Source: Haliotis rufescens
Lineage: Eukaryota
Assembly (NCBI RefSeq): GCF_023055435.1
Contig: NW_025964372.1
Coordinates: forward strand, 7,626,001-7,690,000
Length of the DNA: 64,000 nucleotides
Reading direction: 5' to 3'
Shown here: in pieces, positions 50,334 to 63,237 of the stretch
Numbering within the stretch: the stretch's first letter is position 1
Layout: each line of letters begins with the position of its first letter
Notes under the pieces: model-generated
Seen by the model: the letters and a program-made list of their open reading frames with translations, nothing else
Databases searched by the model: none
What the model was told of the DNA's origin: nothing
Translations under genes and position numbers: made by a program

Positions 50334-50876
50334 CATCTTCCCGAGACAAGAGAGTTAACTGACTTTAAAAGTCCAGTTTCCACCCTTACAGAACTAGCCT
50401 GGAATTACTGGGCTCGATCGTAGCGCCACCAGTGGCTTTTACCAGTTATGTCCCTTCTAAGCCTCTCCTATGGACCAATCAGATTCCACCCCTCGTATCA
50501 CTTGCATTTGCTTCAAACAAAATGGCGGCGCCCAGTAAGGACGATCTGATCGATAATCAAGATCTATATTGTGATAAAACGGGTCTTACATCGCGAAATG
50601 CATCAAATCACGTGAGCACATTGATTAAAACATGAAAAGAATTGGAAAATATCTGCTTACAACGAGTTGGCGGTGTACACGCTCTGCAAACCCTGCAATC
50701 GACCGAAATCTGTACGACACTTTACGAACCGGATTTCGATTTCGTTGCGCGATTTTGATTGGACTTTGCATAGACTCGTTAGTCCAGCCAAAATGTAACT
50801 CGAAAATACCAGCCTAGTTCGGCAAGGGTGGAAACTGGACTTTATAGTCAGCTAACTCCCTTGCCTCGGGAAGATG
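50334..50876. mobile_element. Second copy of the same Mutator-like MITE (selenoprotein intron 3)
   Basis: Same TIRs and interior as 3035-3560, degenerate 9-bp TSD ATCTCTTAA/ATCTCCTAG. Fragments also at ~150-195 and ~6686-6765. Confidence 0.85.
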
Positions 50877-51184
50877 ATCTCCTAGGAAATCAGCTCAGGT
50901 CAAAAACTTTCTCATGTTGAAATATTCGAAAACTATTCCTGAAATGTCTACCACGGGATATTTGAACGTTTAGCATTACCTTTGCACTTGATGTTCTACG
51001 TCACAAATACCGGAATGTATTTGCTGAAATGAACCAAGTCTCATTCTCATTGTATGAACACATCTCATAGCTCCCTTAATGATTTGTGGGATTTTCCTCG
51101 TTTCCTAAATTATTGATATCCCATGGGTTAAAGAAGGCGCTTATCATCGATTGTCCTTCTGATTTCAATGTCTACTGTTGCCAG

Positions 51185-51271
51185 ATTCTGGAGGCGGTCA
51201 ATCAAGCCAAGCAAGGCATGCCGCCCAAAACCATCACAGAAGGTCAAGGTGGGAGCTGTGTCATTCTGTAG
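51185..51271 (+). CDS. MIEN1: Selenoprotein W2 / MIEN1 exon 4, with CaaX box
   Basis: ccag|ILEAVNQAKQGMPPKTITEGQGGSCVIL*. The CVIL terminus is as in vertebrate MIEN1/SelW2; total 96 aa. Confidence 0.92.
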   Translation: MLEAVNQAKQGMPPKTITEGQGGSCVIL

Positions 51272-51324
51272 ACACATGTGACATTCAGAACACACCGGTC
51301 GTCAAAGAAACTCTGTGTCTACGC

Positions 51325-51395
51325 CCGAGCTGCTGCCCGAATGATGGCCTGTTCAGAAATCTCCTTGCACTGGCTTAATGTGCCGCGGAGCTCGG
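51325..51395 (+). promoter_or_regulatory. SECIS element (type I shape, non-canonical 3' core)
   Basis: Helix I ccgagct(g)ctgc/gcggagctcgg; ATGA at 51341; 11-position helix II ggcctgttcag/ttgcactggct; AAA at 51357; TAAT rather than TGAT at 51376. Confidence 0.75.
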
Positions 51396-51581
51396 ACCGA
51401 GGCACCGATTCCTATTTGATGATCGGATCGCAATGGACGTGTTTTGACATTATTTATTATTTATATTTTACTGCTGAAATGATACTCCACTCCAATTATT
51501 GATATTATTTTTTCACATCTTTCACTTCATTGAACTTAAGCTACAACTATGCAGTGTTCCATCCGTAAAATGATAATGTTA

Positions 51582-51587
51582 AATAAA
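51582..51587 (+). terminator. Poly(A) signal of the selenoprotein gene
   Basis: First AATAAA after the stop codon and SECIS, followed by T/GT-rich sequence. Confidence 0.6.
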
Positions 51588-52930
51588 CTGTTTTTACATG
51601 GGTTATTTGTCGAAAAGATTTTTCTCCATTACGATACCTCTCTGTGGAAAAATCTGGCATCCCCTTCATAGGACGTCGCTCCAGATGAACTTTCTGATGA
51701 ATCAATTAGCACGGGGGCTTCTATATTCAGAACAGCAATTTTGATTTGTGTATCTTCAAAACGAGCTTAAACGGCCAGTTCCGAATGTACATAATAAAGG
51801 CCAAGTATTTATATTGCAACAATAGCGTGTTTCCAATACCACCGAACAAAATAAATGTGGATTCGCTGTCAAACTGATTCGAAGTTGATTTTGTTTTCAT
51901 TGTTTGTGCAATCCGTTTTCGGGAGGAATGTCAATCGGGATGAAAAGTGATTATTAGCACTATTTCAGCAATAATAAGACAGGGTACACCAGAAACAGGC
52001 TTCACACAATGTACCAATGTAGGGAATCGAACATTAGCGTGACGAGCGCACGCTTTATCCACTATCGCAACTTAACTTTAAATTAAATAAAATTTAGAAT
52101 TTGTATAGCGCATTTTCCAATAAACAACTGCTCAAATGCGCTTAGACCATGAATAATTTACTCAAAGGCTCTCTTGATGAGACAGGTTTTGAGGGTCTTT
52201 TTAAAGTTTGTCAGATTTTTTGTTTCTCGGATTTCTTGTGGCAAATTGTTCCATAATGACCTATTGCCAGATGGTTTGGTACGTGACATTGCCAACACCA
52301 ACAGATGTTGATCTTCTGATCGGAGAGAACGTGCAGACTTGTATGGTACTATCAGTTCATGTAACTATGCAGGAACCAAACTATGCATTGCCTTGTGAAC
52401 CAGAGTGAGTAGTTTAAATTGCACTTCTTGTTGGAATGGCATTCAGTGTAGTTCAGTCAATATGAGTGAAGTGTCCTCGTTAAGGTGTTCTTGTCGGAAT
52501 TCTTGCAGCTGTATTCTGAACACGCTGTAGCGTTTCTGCATCCTTCTGTGGTAGGCCATAGAAGAGGGAATTACAATAGTCCTACCAGGAGACTACAAAA
52601 AGCTTGGGTCAACGTTGAAGGGGAAACCAGCTTACCTCGTATAAAGACGGGCACCAACGTGGTAAAAATCTGAGACCAGCCCCACTACGACTTCCCTCAC
52701 ACATTAAGCTGACACACAGTGACGATACTGTTCAAAGCGGCGTTAAACCCTACTCACTCACTCACTCGGATAAAGAACGTACGCAGAAGCCCATAGGTTT
52801 AGGCACTCACACAGGCCTACAGTGGCTATATTATCATACCTCCATGTCAGAATGATGAGAACTGATTGGTAAACGTGATCTTGATAAAATACTGTGTGAC
52901 CCGCCTTGGAGGATAATAAATTTCTCAGCC

Positions 52931-52932
<2 letters not shown>

Positions 52933-52971
<39 letters not shown>
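52933..52971. repeat. (GT)n microsatellite
   Basis: Pure GT run. Confidence 0.95.
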
Positions 52972-52974
<3 letters not shown>

Positions 52975-53435
52975 TTTCTTATACCCCGCCACGAGTAATA
53001 CAGGCTGCACGTGGATTTCTGACAGGCAGAAGCACAAAACCCCATGTATCCCTCGTGATCCTGCTCCAACGAGCATTGTTGCAGTGGGTATCGTCGAGAT
53101 AACACAGGCAGTGTGTTAACGTAAAACTAATCTTGCTTAGTTGGAATATAAACTGATGGTGAACGTATACTCAAAGGCAAAAGTTATTGTGACAGTTTTG
53201 TTTCATTTACAAATATTTATATCAATGTCTGGCTTTGAACCAAGGGAAATGTTTATGAAAAAGCACGAAGTATCCCAATCAATCAAATGTCGCTGGTATT
53301 GCATGTGTTTTGCCAGAAATAATGAATACTTGGGTGAAATTGCTTCAGATGTTCTCTATGAAAGGCCAAATGTCGAATCCCATACCAATGCCACTCTATG
53401 CAATCACTTTCGGTCGATTTGATGATATTTCACCA

Positions 53436-53915
53436 TGCCACGCCTCAGTGGCGAACTTTAGGACTGCTTGAATTGCGTACCTCGCAGTGTGATGTCCGGC
53501 TATGCAAATCCACAGGGACACCATGTGACACTAATGGCGACGTTATCAACAGAACAACGGTGTGAGAGACCTCCCTTTAGTGGCCGCCCGCCCGGGACAA
53601 CCCCTCGCCAAGACATATGGATCCAAACCAGACATCATCAACACAAATTCCAGAGAGCAACTCTCACAGCTCAAACCATCCCAAGCCACAACGGGTATTT
53701 GAGCACAGCCCGACGACGAAAGTCTTCGTCGTCATATGTGCAAGGCGCCTAGCCAGATGGCCAGTCGTGAACGTCAATAGAACATCGACGTGGATGTATC
53801 CAGTGGTGCAGACAACGCTGGCTGTGGACAACACGTGGATAGGTTCCTCTGTATTGGTGGGGCACGTTTCCTTCATTGCCGACACGATGACAGGACACGA
53901 GTGTACAGAGGTGGA
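53436..53915 (+). mobile_element. Degenerate Tc1 transposase 5' part
   Basis: MPRLS start, then ERPPFSGRPPGTTPRQD and D.RTRVYR in shifting frames. Confidence 0.65.
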
Positions 53916-54296
53916 CGCCATGTTTTCTTGAAGGCCATCGCTTTGGAGGTGATGGTTATTACAAAAATTGTCATTGAGGCCTCAAACTTGGAAATATGCC
54001 CCACGTCTACAATAAAACATTTTGAAAGCTTTACTAAGTCATTGAATGTTGTAACCCTGATCAAACCACTTTCGGGCAAGAGTAGTACGAGGCTTTTGAT
54101 ATTCATAGAAAGAGCATGCTCGATTGTATACAAAGGTTGTGAAGGGTAGACACCAATTTGCACTGTTTCATAATTTCCTTCCTGATGACCTTGACCTTCG
54201 TCACCCACAATAATATTTGGGCAAATCCTAGAGATCATTTAAACAAGTATAGATATAATCAAAAACTCCAAGTATACAGGAAGTGTGTTAAGTCCT

Positions 54297-54505
54297 TGGT
54301 TGTTTGTTAGTTGTTTAACGCAGCACTCAGCAATATTCCAGCTATATGACGGCGGTCTGTAAATAATCAAGTCTGTCTGGACAAGACTATCCAGGGATTG
54401 ACATCAGGAGCATCGATCCACGCAATTGGGATACGATGACATGCATCGACCAAGTCAGCGACCCTGACCAAACTATCCCGTCGCCTCTTACTACAAGCAT
54501 GGGTC
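54297..54505 (-). mobile_element. SINE family A
   Basis: Reverse-complement copy. Confidence 0.8.
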
Positions 54506-55356
54506 AAGTCCTTGGTGGATATAGTTGGATAAATGCAACAGTCAATTTACAGAAAATATTAAGCGGGCACATTTCAAAGGGTCCTGGTTAATTACTTACA
54601 GGTCATTATTATAATATTGCCGACTTTTATCCAGTGCTGTGACAAGCATTGGGCAATTGTGGTCCATGATTCTACCTCACGATAATAGTTTTTAAAAACT
54701 GCATTGTGCATTTTAGCATAGACAATATTAGTACCAATTATTTGTACATGATTATATGAAAACTCTGCTCTCAGCAGAGTGAATTGTACGATTCTGGCTA
54801 TATGATGACCATGTGTTTATTAAATATGAATCGCTATCGAATAGTGACGACACCAGGTGTTCGTGAAAATAAGAGCGTGCCCTGTCCCACCGGTGGCACT
54901 CGTCACAAACACAAGCAGTCACTTGAAAAAACATGGGAACATACGGTATAAGTCAAAATAGGGAATTGCATCAGACATGAGTTTTGTCACTGATGCGTCA
55001 AATTTGGAAATGTCCTCCACATGTCTACTATAAACCTGTGAAGACTTTGCTAATGCCTTGAATATTGTAACCTCGATCCAACTTAAGTATTGAAATCAAA
55101 ACGTACTGATGGAACTGTGCAGGTCTCAATATGTAACACAACACTTCTGCAAATGAATTATAAATTTTAATATTGAACAAATGCATAAAACACAAGACAT
55201 ACAAGTATAAAACAGTTTCATCAGAAAATAACCATTTACTCACAGCAGTCTACTCCTATGTAACAATATACCTTGCACATGTTCTCACCAATCCAATAGA
55301 ACTACCGATACCATTCAACTCATACCAAGCAAACAAAGGTTACAGAAATCAGTCAA

Positions 55357-57342
55357 CAGTTCACCACACTAAGCCAAGTGGACTACAATACCAGTCTTCA
55401 GTTCACCACACTAAGCCAAGTGGACTACAATACCAGTCTTCAGTTCACCACACTAAGCCAAGTGGACTACAATACCAGTCTTCAGTTCACCACACTAAGC
55501 CAAGTGGACTACAATACCAGTCTTCAGTTCACCACACTAAGCCAAGTGGACTACAATACCAGTCTTCAGTTCACCACACTAAGCCAGGTTGACTACAATA
55601 CCAGTCTTCAGTTCACCATACAAACCAAGAAAAGATACCGGTAACAGATTCCATTCAACAACTCACCAAACAAACTAAAATACATTACAGATTCCATTCA
55701 ACAACTCACCAAACAAACTAAGATACATTAAAGATTCCATTCAACAACTAACCATACAAACTAAGATACATTACAGATTCCATTCAACAACTCACCAAAT
55801 AAACTAAGATACATTACAGATTCCATTCAACAACTAACCATACAAACCAAGATACATTACAGATTCTATTCAACAACTCACCAAACAAACTAAGATACAT
55901 TACAGATTCCATTCAACAACTCACCATACAAACTAAGATACATTACAGATTCCATTCAACAACTAACCATACAAACTAAGATACATTACAGATTCCATTC
56001 AACAACTCATCAAACAAACTAAGATACATTACAGAGTCCATTCAACAGTTCACCATACAAACTAAGATACATTACAGATTCCATTCAACAACTCACCAAA
56101 CAAACTAAGATACATTACAGATTCCATTCAACAACTCACCATACTATTCAAGCAAGGATTACTGATTCCATTCAACAACTCACCACACTAATCAAGCAAG
56201 GATTACTGATTCCATTCAACAACTCACCACACAAACTAAGATACATTACAGATTCCATTCAACAACTTACCATACTATTCAAGCAAGGATTACTAATTGC
56301 ATTCAACAACTCACCACACTAATCAACCAAGGATTTCTGATTCCATTCAACAACTAAACACACTAATCAACCAAGTTACCCTATTTATCCAACTAAGAAA
56401 ACATGGATTATCAATTCACAATTTTAACAACTCACCTTACTCTTAATTGGTTTTACAGATTTCATTTAACAATTCACCAAACAATTCGACCAAAGAAAGC
56501 TGATTCTGATACCCAAGCAACGATAACTGATCCCATATACAACTCATAGCAATAAGCAAGCTGAGATTACCACATCTTTAAGAGGCATTTCAGAAGCTCT
56601 AGTAGCAAGGAAGACAGTAAGAAAGAATAAACAAGTTAATATCTAAGTTGAAATCTTCTGTCTACAGAGGCTACCAATTACAGTGTACAACTCACCATTG
56701 TTACCAAATTGAACTTACACATTAATTCAACAACTCACCATAAACAGCAAGCAATGAATATCCATAGCAACCAAGTGGTAGGATGTAGACATTCAACAAC
56801 AAGGAATACCCAAAACATTCAACAACTCACCATAGTCACTGAACAATGAATGCCAACACATTCAACAACTCACCATACACACTCAACAATGAATGCCATC
56901 ACATTCAACAACTCACCATACTCACTGAACAATGAATGCCAACACATTCAACAACTCACCATACATACTCAACAATGAATGCCATCACATTCAACAACTC
57001 ACCATACTCACTGAACAATGAATGCCAACACATTCAACAAGTCACCATACTCACTGAACAATGAATGCCAACACATTCAACAAGTCACCATACTCACTGA
57101 ACAATGAATGCCATCACATTCAACAACTCACCATACTCACTGAACAATGAATGCCATCACATTCAACAAGTCACCATACACACTGAACAATGAATGCGAT
57201 CACATTCAACAACTCACCATACTCACTGAACAATGAATGCCATCACATTCAACAACTCACCATACTCACTGAACAATGAATGCCATCACATTCAACAACT
57301 CACCATACTCACTGAACAATGAATGCCAACACATTCAACAAG
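55357..57342 (+). repeat. Series of related 42-43-bp minisatellites sharing (ttcaac)aacTCACCA
   Basis: Blocks at 55357-55620 (42 bp), 55644-56370 (43 bp) and 56815-57342 (43 bp). Confidence 0.9.
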
Positions 57343-57448
57343 TGCTATGACAAATGAGCTGGAATCACTGACACCATATAACAACACTAAAACAAAGTTG
57401 GACAGAAACTTAAAACAGATATGACATTGTGCAGAAACATTGTGAGAA

Positions 57449-58016
57449 GTGAACAGTCGATGAGTTCCTCCACAGTGAACAGTTGGTGAGTTCCTCCACA
57501 GTGAACAGTCAGTGTTCCTCCACAGTGAACAGTCAGTGTTCCTCCACAGTGAACAGTCGATGAGTTCCTCCACAGTGAACAGTTGATGAGTTTCTCCACA
57601 GTGAACAGTCGATGAGTTCCTCCACAGTGAACAGTCGATGAGCTCCTCCACGGTGAACAGTCAATGAGTTCCTCCACAGTGAACAGTCGATGAGCTCCTC
57701 CACGGTGAACAGTCGATGAGTTCCTCCACAGTGAACAGTCGATGAGCTCCTCCACGGTAACGATGAGTAACTCCACGGTGAACAGTCGATGAGTTCCTCC
57801 ACAGTGAACAGTCGATGAGTTCCTCCACAGTGAACAGTCGATGAGTTCCTCCAGTGAACAGTCGATGAGTTCCTCCACAGTGAACAGTCAGTGAGTTCCT
57901 CCACAGTGAACAGTCGATGAGTTCCTCCACAGTGAACAGTCGATGAGTTCCTCCACAGTGAACAGTCGATGAGTTTCTCCACAGTGAACAGTCGATGAGT
58001 TTCTCCACAGTGAACA
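57449..58016 (+). repeat. 26-bp minisatellite
   Basis: gtgaacagtcgatgagttcctccaca x~22. Confidence 0.92.
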
Positions 58017-58974
58017 GGGGAGGGTGAGTATGTATGATTATGCCGAGTGGTGTTCCTGTACCCACCGTGTTGTCTCATTCAACAAATTACTGTGTGACAG
58101 ATGCTTTCCTTTTTCCCTTTACAGATTGTCTTACTTGAGACACCTTGCCTTAAACTTGATATAAAAAAGAAAACAAAATGCTAACAACAGTAATTTTAGC
58201 GGCTGTGAGATTTAACTAGGACAATGGGTGAAGGCAAAAACACTTGGTCTGATCCTTTAAATAATACATGTAACTTGAATCCACATAAGGATTTAAAATC
58301 TCTGAATTGTTTCTGTTCTCAAGTACTAAAAAAAATTAATTGAAATTTAATCTAAACAATTTTTACTTTTGGTAGACCTACTATTATTGGTGGACTTACT
58401 GCGTTTTCTTCTGTGTCCAGCACGCATAAGGCCTGACATGATGTTTTTGTCAAATGTACAATGGCAGGCGATAACTTTCTTTTGACTTATTAACATACTG
58501 AATCCTCCTACTGGGCTCCTATAGTTGCTGCCTTGTACCCAGGGGAAGGTCAGGGGAGTTCACACAGTTCATGTCTTGCAAGCCTTGCAGAGCTGTAAAA
58601 CTCACACATTTTGAAATTTGCACATACCCCCAAAACAATCTTAGGACTGAAACATTGACTTAAGGAAACAAGTACCAGTAGCTTTTTTAACCTTTTCCGC
58701 CGTGGTGAGTGATCAACATGCCGGTAAAACAGTAAGGGTGATGGTCCTAAAGCCTTAAACAGTCCATCGTGTGTTTTATCACAAAGGACATAAGAATATA
58801 TATTTTGAAATATAAATGTCACAGCTGGCCATACAAGTTCAAGACATACAAGTTCTACTTTTTACACAGTTAGTCTAGAGGTCATTTCACACTAATATAA
58901 TGTGTATGTCAGCATATTGTAAACCCCGGGTCAATGCTTATCTCTCACCCTCTTCCATGTAACCCCTTGTCAAA

Positions 58975-59800
58975 TAAACTCCATCTGTCAATCCTTCTAT
59001 TTAACACATAGGAGGCTAAACTCCATCTGTCAATCCTTCCATTTAACACACGGGAGACTAAACTCCATCTGTCAACCCTGCAACTTAACACACAGGAGGC
59101 TAAACTCCATCTGTCAATCCTTACATTTAACACATAGGAGGCTAAACTCCATCTGTCAATCCTTCCATTTAACACATTGGAGGCTAAACTCCATCTGTCA
59201 ATCCTTCCATTTAACACATTGGAGGCTAAACTTTATCTGTCAAACGGTCCATGTTACCTTTTGTCAACTAAACTCCATCTGTCAATCCTTCCATTTAACA
59301 CATTGGAGGCTAAACTCCATCTGTCAATCCTTCCATTTAACACATTGGAGGCTAAACTTTATCTGTCAAACGGTCCATGTTACCTTTTGTCAACTAAACT
59401 CCATCTGTCAACCCTTCCATTTAACACATTGGAGGCTAAACTTTATCTGTCAAACGGTCCATGTTACCTTTTGTCAACTAAACTCCATCTGTCAATCCTT
59501 CCATTTAACACACAGGATGCTAAACTCCATCTGTCAATCCTTCCATTTAACACATAGGAGGCTAAATTCCATCTGTCAACCCTTCCATTTAACACATAGG
59601 ATGCTAAACTCCATCTGTCAATCCTTCCATTTAACACACAGGAGGCTAAACTCCATCCGTCAACCTTTGCATGTAACACATAGGAGGCTAAACTCCATCT
59701 GTCAACTCTTCCATTTAACACATAGGAGGCTAAACTCCATCCATCAACCCTTGCATGTAACACATAGGAGGCTAAACTGCATCCGTCGACCTTTGCATGT
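58975..59800 (+). repeat. 42-bp minisatellite with higher-order variants
   Basis: taaactccatctgtcaatccttccatttaacacataggaggc. Confidence 0.92.
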
Positions 59801-61219
59801 AACCTCTCTTTCTGTGTAACCTGGTCACCTCAAATAAAAGAAAGAAACATTTTGTTACATGGTGCCAAAGAAAAAACACACATGTTCAAAATGAAGAAGA
59901 GAGAAAACATTGTAACATTGTACTTGTTTTTTGGTAAAATTGGTTTCAGTGCTCATATCACTATACCCAAGATCGTTGTTGTAGGCTTGACTATGTGTGA
60001 AAGATATTTTACATGGGAAACGGTTAGAATTATGCCACAGATGAATTCCCACTTCATAAACACAAATGGTGGAAATGGTTTTAGAAAAAAAATAATGACT
60101 GTTCTCGTTTGGATATTTATTCCTTTGTTTTGTTTAGAAAGGATTGATGATGCCGGATGGTGATAATCATGGCGAGAGATCAGTGCTGGATACCCATCCG
60201 GGGGAAAGTGATGAAGAATCCTGCTGGAATCGCAGAACCATCACAACAACATGGCATATCTACATCAGCTTCTTGACTGGACAAATAGCGTTAATTTCAT
60301 TCAAACTAAATATTGGAAATCAATGTAAAATACCTTCCTAGTATTTCAACTAAATATCCAGCATTAACTATTATGATATCTAAAATAACATTAATTTAAA
60401 CAACAGTTATCAATATCCTTGTGATCTAAATACATGCAAAAATTGAGATACTACATATAGATCTACCACAATTATTCTAGTATGCACATCTTACCAAGAC
60501 TTATACAATGAATGGTTAAGATTTATATTTACATATTTAAGAAGCAGTAAATATCTGTCATAAAGACGTAGATTTTGACAGGTATGGAAGTAACATTTCT
60601 AGTGAACCACACACTTTATACCTCATGCATAACTACTTGAAGAAAGTCCCTATTGATAGCGGGGCATGACATTGATATCTCGTATAATATAATATTACCA
60701 TGTATTAAAAAGTTTAAATGTAGAAAGTCATGCTATAACAAGATATTCAGTAAATACAACATACTCTACTTCAGTTTTAAATTACAGCATCCATTATCTC
60801 CCTGCCAACAACAGACGACATCAATGAACATATGTTTACCTAGCTGACAGGTTAGTGACAGGTGATTGACAGCTGCCTCACTGACATATACACCTTAGGA
60901 GATGAAATTAACATATCCATGTACAAGACATTTTGTTTCATATTGAACTAGTTTATTTTGTCTGCAAGCAAACTAGAATACCTACTTGGCAATGAGGCCA
61001 AACTTTGACATGTTTTGTTTTATTGACAATAATAATTAAAATGTCACAAGGTGTGTATGGAATATGATTAAGCATAAAACTGTTCAATTCTAGAACCACC
61101 GACTGACATCTATGTCCAGACATGATCACTGGTGTAAGACTATAAGCAACATTTCCTGAAGATGACATTGATATTTTTTGGTCCAAAATGTTGAACTGTT
61201 CTTCAACACAACATCTAAC

Positions 61220-62362
61220 ATACATAATATGGAATACGTTTATTGATCATACAATAAATACCACTGATTCAACATAGTGATGTTTTGCAAATGAAAGAAG
61301 AAATTTGCATTAACATTTGCAGTGCTAACACAACACAGTAATGTTACATATGTATCTGTAAGTTTCTGGATCTGAGACATTGTGCAAGGAAAAAATATTC
61401 AATAACTGTAATGCGCAGATGGATAATTTCAGCATCACTGTAACCATGGTTACAACTTTTATATTTACATTCTCCTAATACATGTAATATTTAAGACTTA
61501 AATTTGATGTTGACAATAACACTTTTCCTGGCTAACCCAACACTAGTCTATGGATAAACACTGCGTGAGATCTGTGTATTTTTTTATTTCAAAATAAAAT
61601 CTAACCAGTTTGTCTCCGTTGATTAACAAATAGAAAACACTTGCTTGAAAACAAGGAATGTTCCCAATGTGCTGCATTTCATAATATAACTTAATATATA
61701 TTCTATGAAAATCAAAAATGGGATAAAGATTAATTTTAGTTAGAGCATAAGAGCTCAAAGAAGATTGCACTTGCATTAGGATGCAATGAAATACATAAGG
61801 TTGTTGAAAAAAAATCACATGAAAATATTGCTATATATATATGTATATATCAAAATACTGTGTTGCGCTTGTAATTATGATGAAAGTACTGAATACACTC
61901 AAAGATAATAATGATATCACAAGAATAAACAAACTGTATTGTTATCATTCAGATGCATATTTAATAATCATTCACAGCTTTATGTAAATAAATAACCTCA
62001 AGCTAACATCACATGAAGACATATATATATATATATATATACGAAAAAATCAGATGAACCATACTCTCAGTCTGGACAGTGTAGACATTCTTCCACCTGC
62101 TCTCTAATATTCAAAATAGTCACATAGCGAATATATTTAAATATATCATGTAAGTTAAAACCCATCGATGACAAGGAAGCTCTGAGATAGGACAAATTGC
62201 AGATAGAAAATATCATTTTGTACATAAAAGAAATATCATCAAAATGACGACTCTTAGAAATGGACAATAAAATTGTAAGTATTACCAAAACCTAAATAAA
62301 AACATGGTGTGGAAAGTCAGCGTCATTGAGACTTTCTGGCCGTCATCTTCCTCTGTCGACTC
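61220..62362 (-). other. Possible terminal exon/3'UTR of a minus-strand gene lying beyond the window
   Basis: Minus-strand acceptor tgtgtctgtttcag|GAGTCGACAGAGG at 62362, short open tail, AT-rich downstream, AATAAA on - at ~61239-61244. Product unidentifiable. Confidence 0.3.
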
Positions 62363-62706
62363 CTGAAACAGACACAGGTCAGATGAGGAGGAGGGGGAGA
62401 GGAGGGTTCACTTGCATCCCATGCATGTCACAACACATATATACGAGGCCAGCCAATGGAATTAAAGCGCCAATTCCTGAGTTGTAGATGTCTACTGATG
62501 GAAATGAGTAAGGGAACACTTCGTCTTAGACACAGTGGGTTTCCTGCCTTTGCCTACCACATACGCGTGGGAAACAATCCACACAAACACATCTCAACAT
62601 TTGATTCTGACGTGTTGAATTTGAATGAGCTCTATTGACAGTAAAGCTTATTTCCCTATATGTTTCATTGTTCCCTTATTTGTTTCCATCAGTATATATT
62701 CCCCAA

Positions 62707-63237
62707 ACCCAACCTCATCACAATACTGACACATCCAACCTCATCACAATACTGACACATACAACCCCATCACAATGCTGACACACCCAACCCCATCACA
62801 ATGCTGACACACCCAACCCCATCACAATGCTGACACACCCAACCTCATCCCAATGCTGACACACCCAACCTCATCACAATGCTGACACACCCAACCCCAT
62901 CACAATGCTGACACATCCAACCCCATCACAATGCTGACACACCCAACCTCATCACAATACAGACACACCCAACCCCATCACAATGCTGACACATCCAACC
63001 TCATCACAATGCTGACACACCCAACCCCATCACAATGCTGACACAGCCAACCCCATCACAATGCTGACACAGCCAACCCTATCACAATGCTGACACACCC
63101 AACCCCATCACAATGCTGACACAGCCAACCCTATCACAATGCTGACACACCCAACCCCATCACAATGCTGACACATCCAACCTCATCACAATGCTGACAC
63201 ACCCAACCCCATCACAATGTTGACACACCCAACCCCA
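62707..63237 (+). repeat. 26-bp minisatellite
   Basis: cccaaccccatcacaatgctgacaca x~20. Confidence 0.92.

Noticed and set aside
55173-59819. Repetitive ORFs such as SSVHHTKPSGLQYQ and EELIDCSLWRNSSTVH
   Set aside because: Translations of minisatellites, with no splice or start context.
60150-60205. ccggatgg/ccatccgg hairpin as a second SECIS or miRNA
   Set aside because: Only 8 bp of strong stem and no AUGA/AA/GA geometry.
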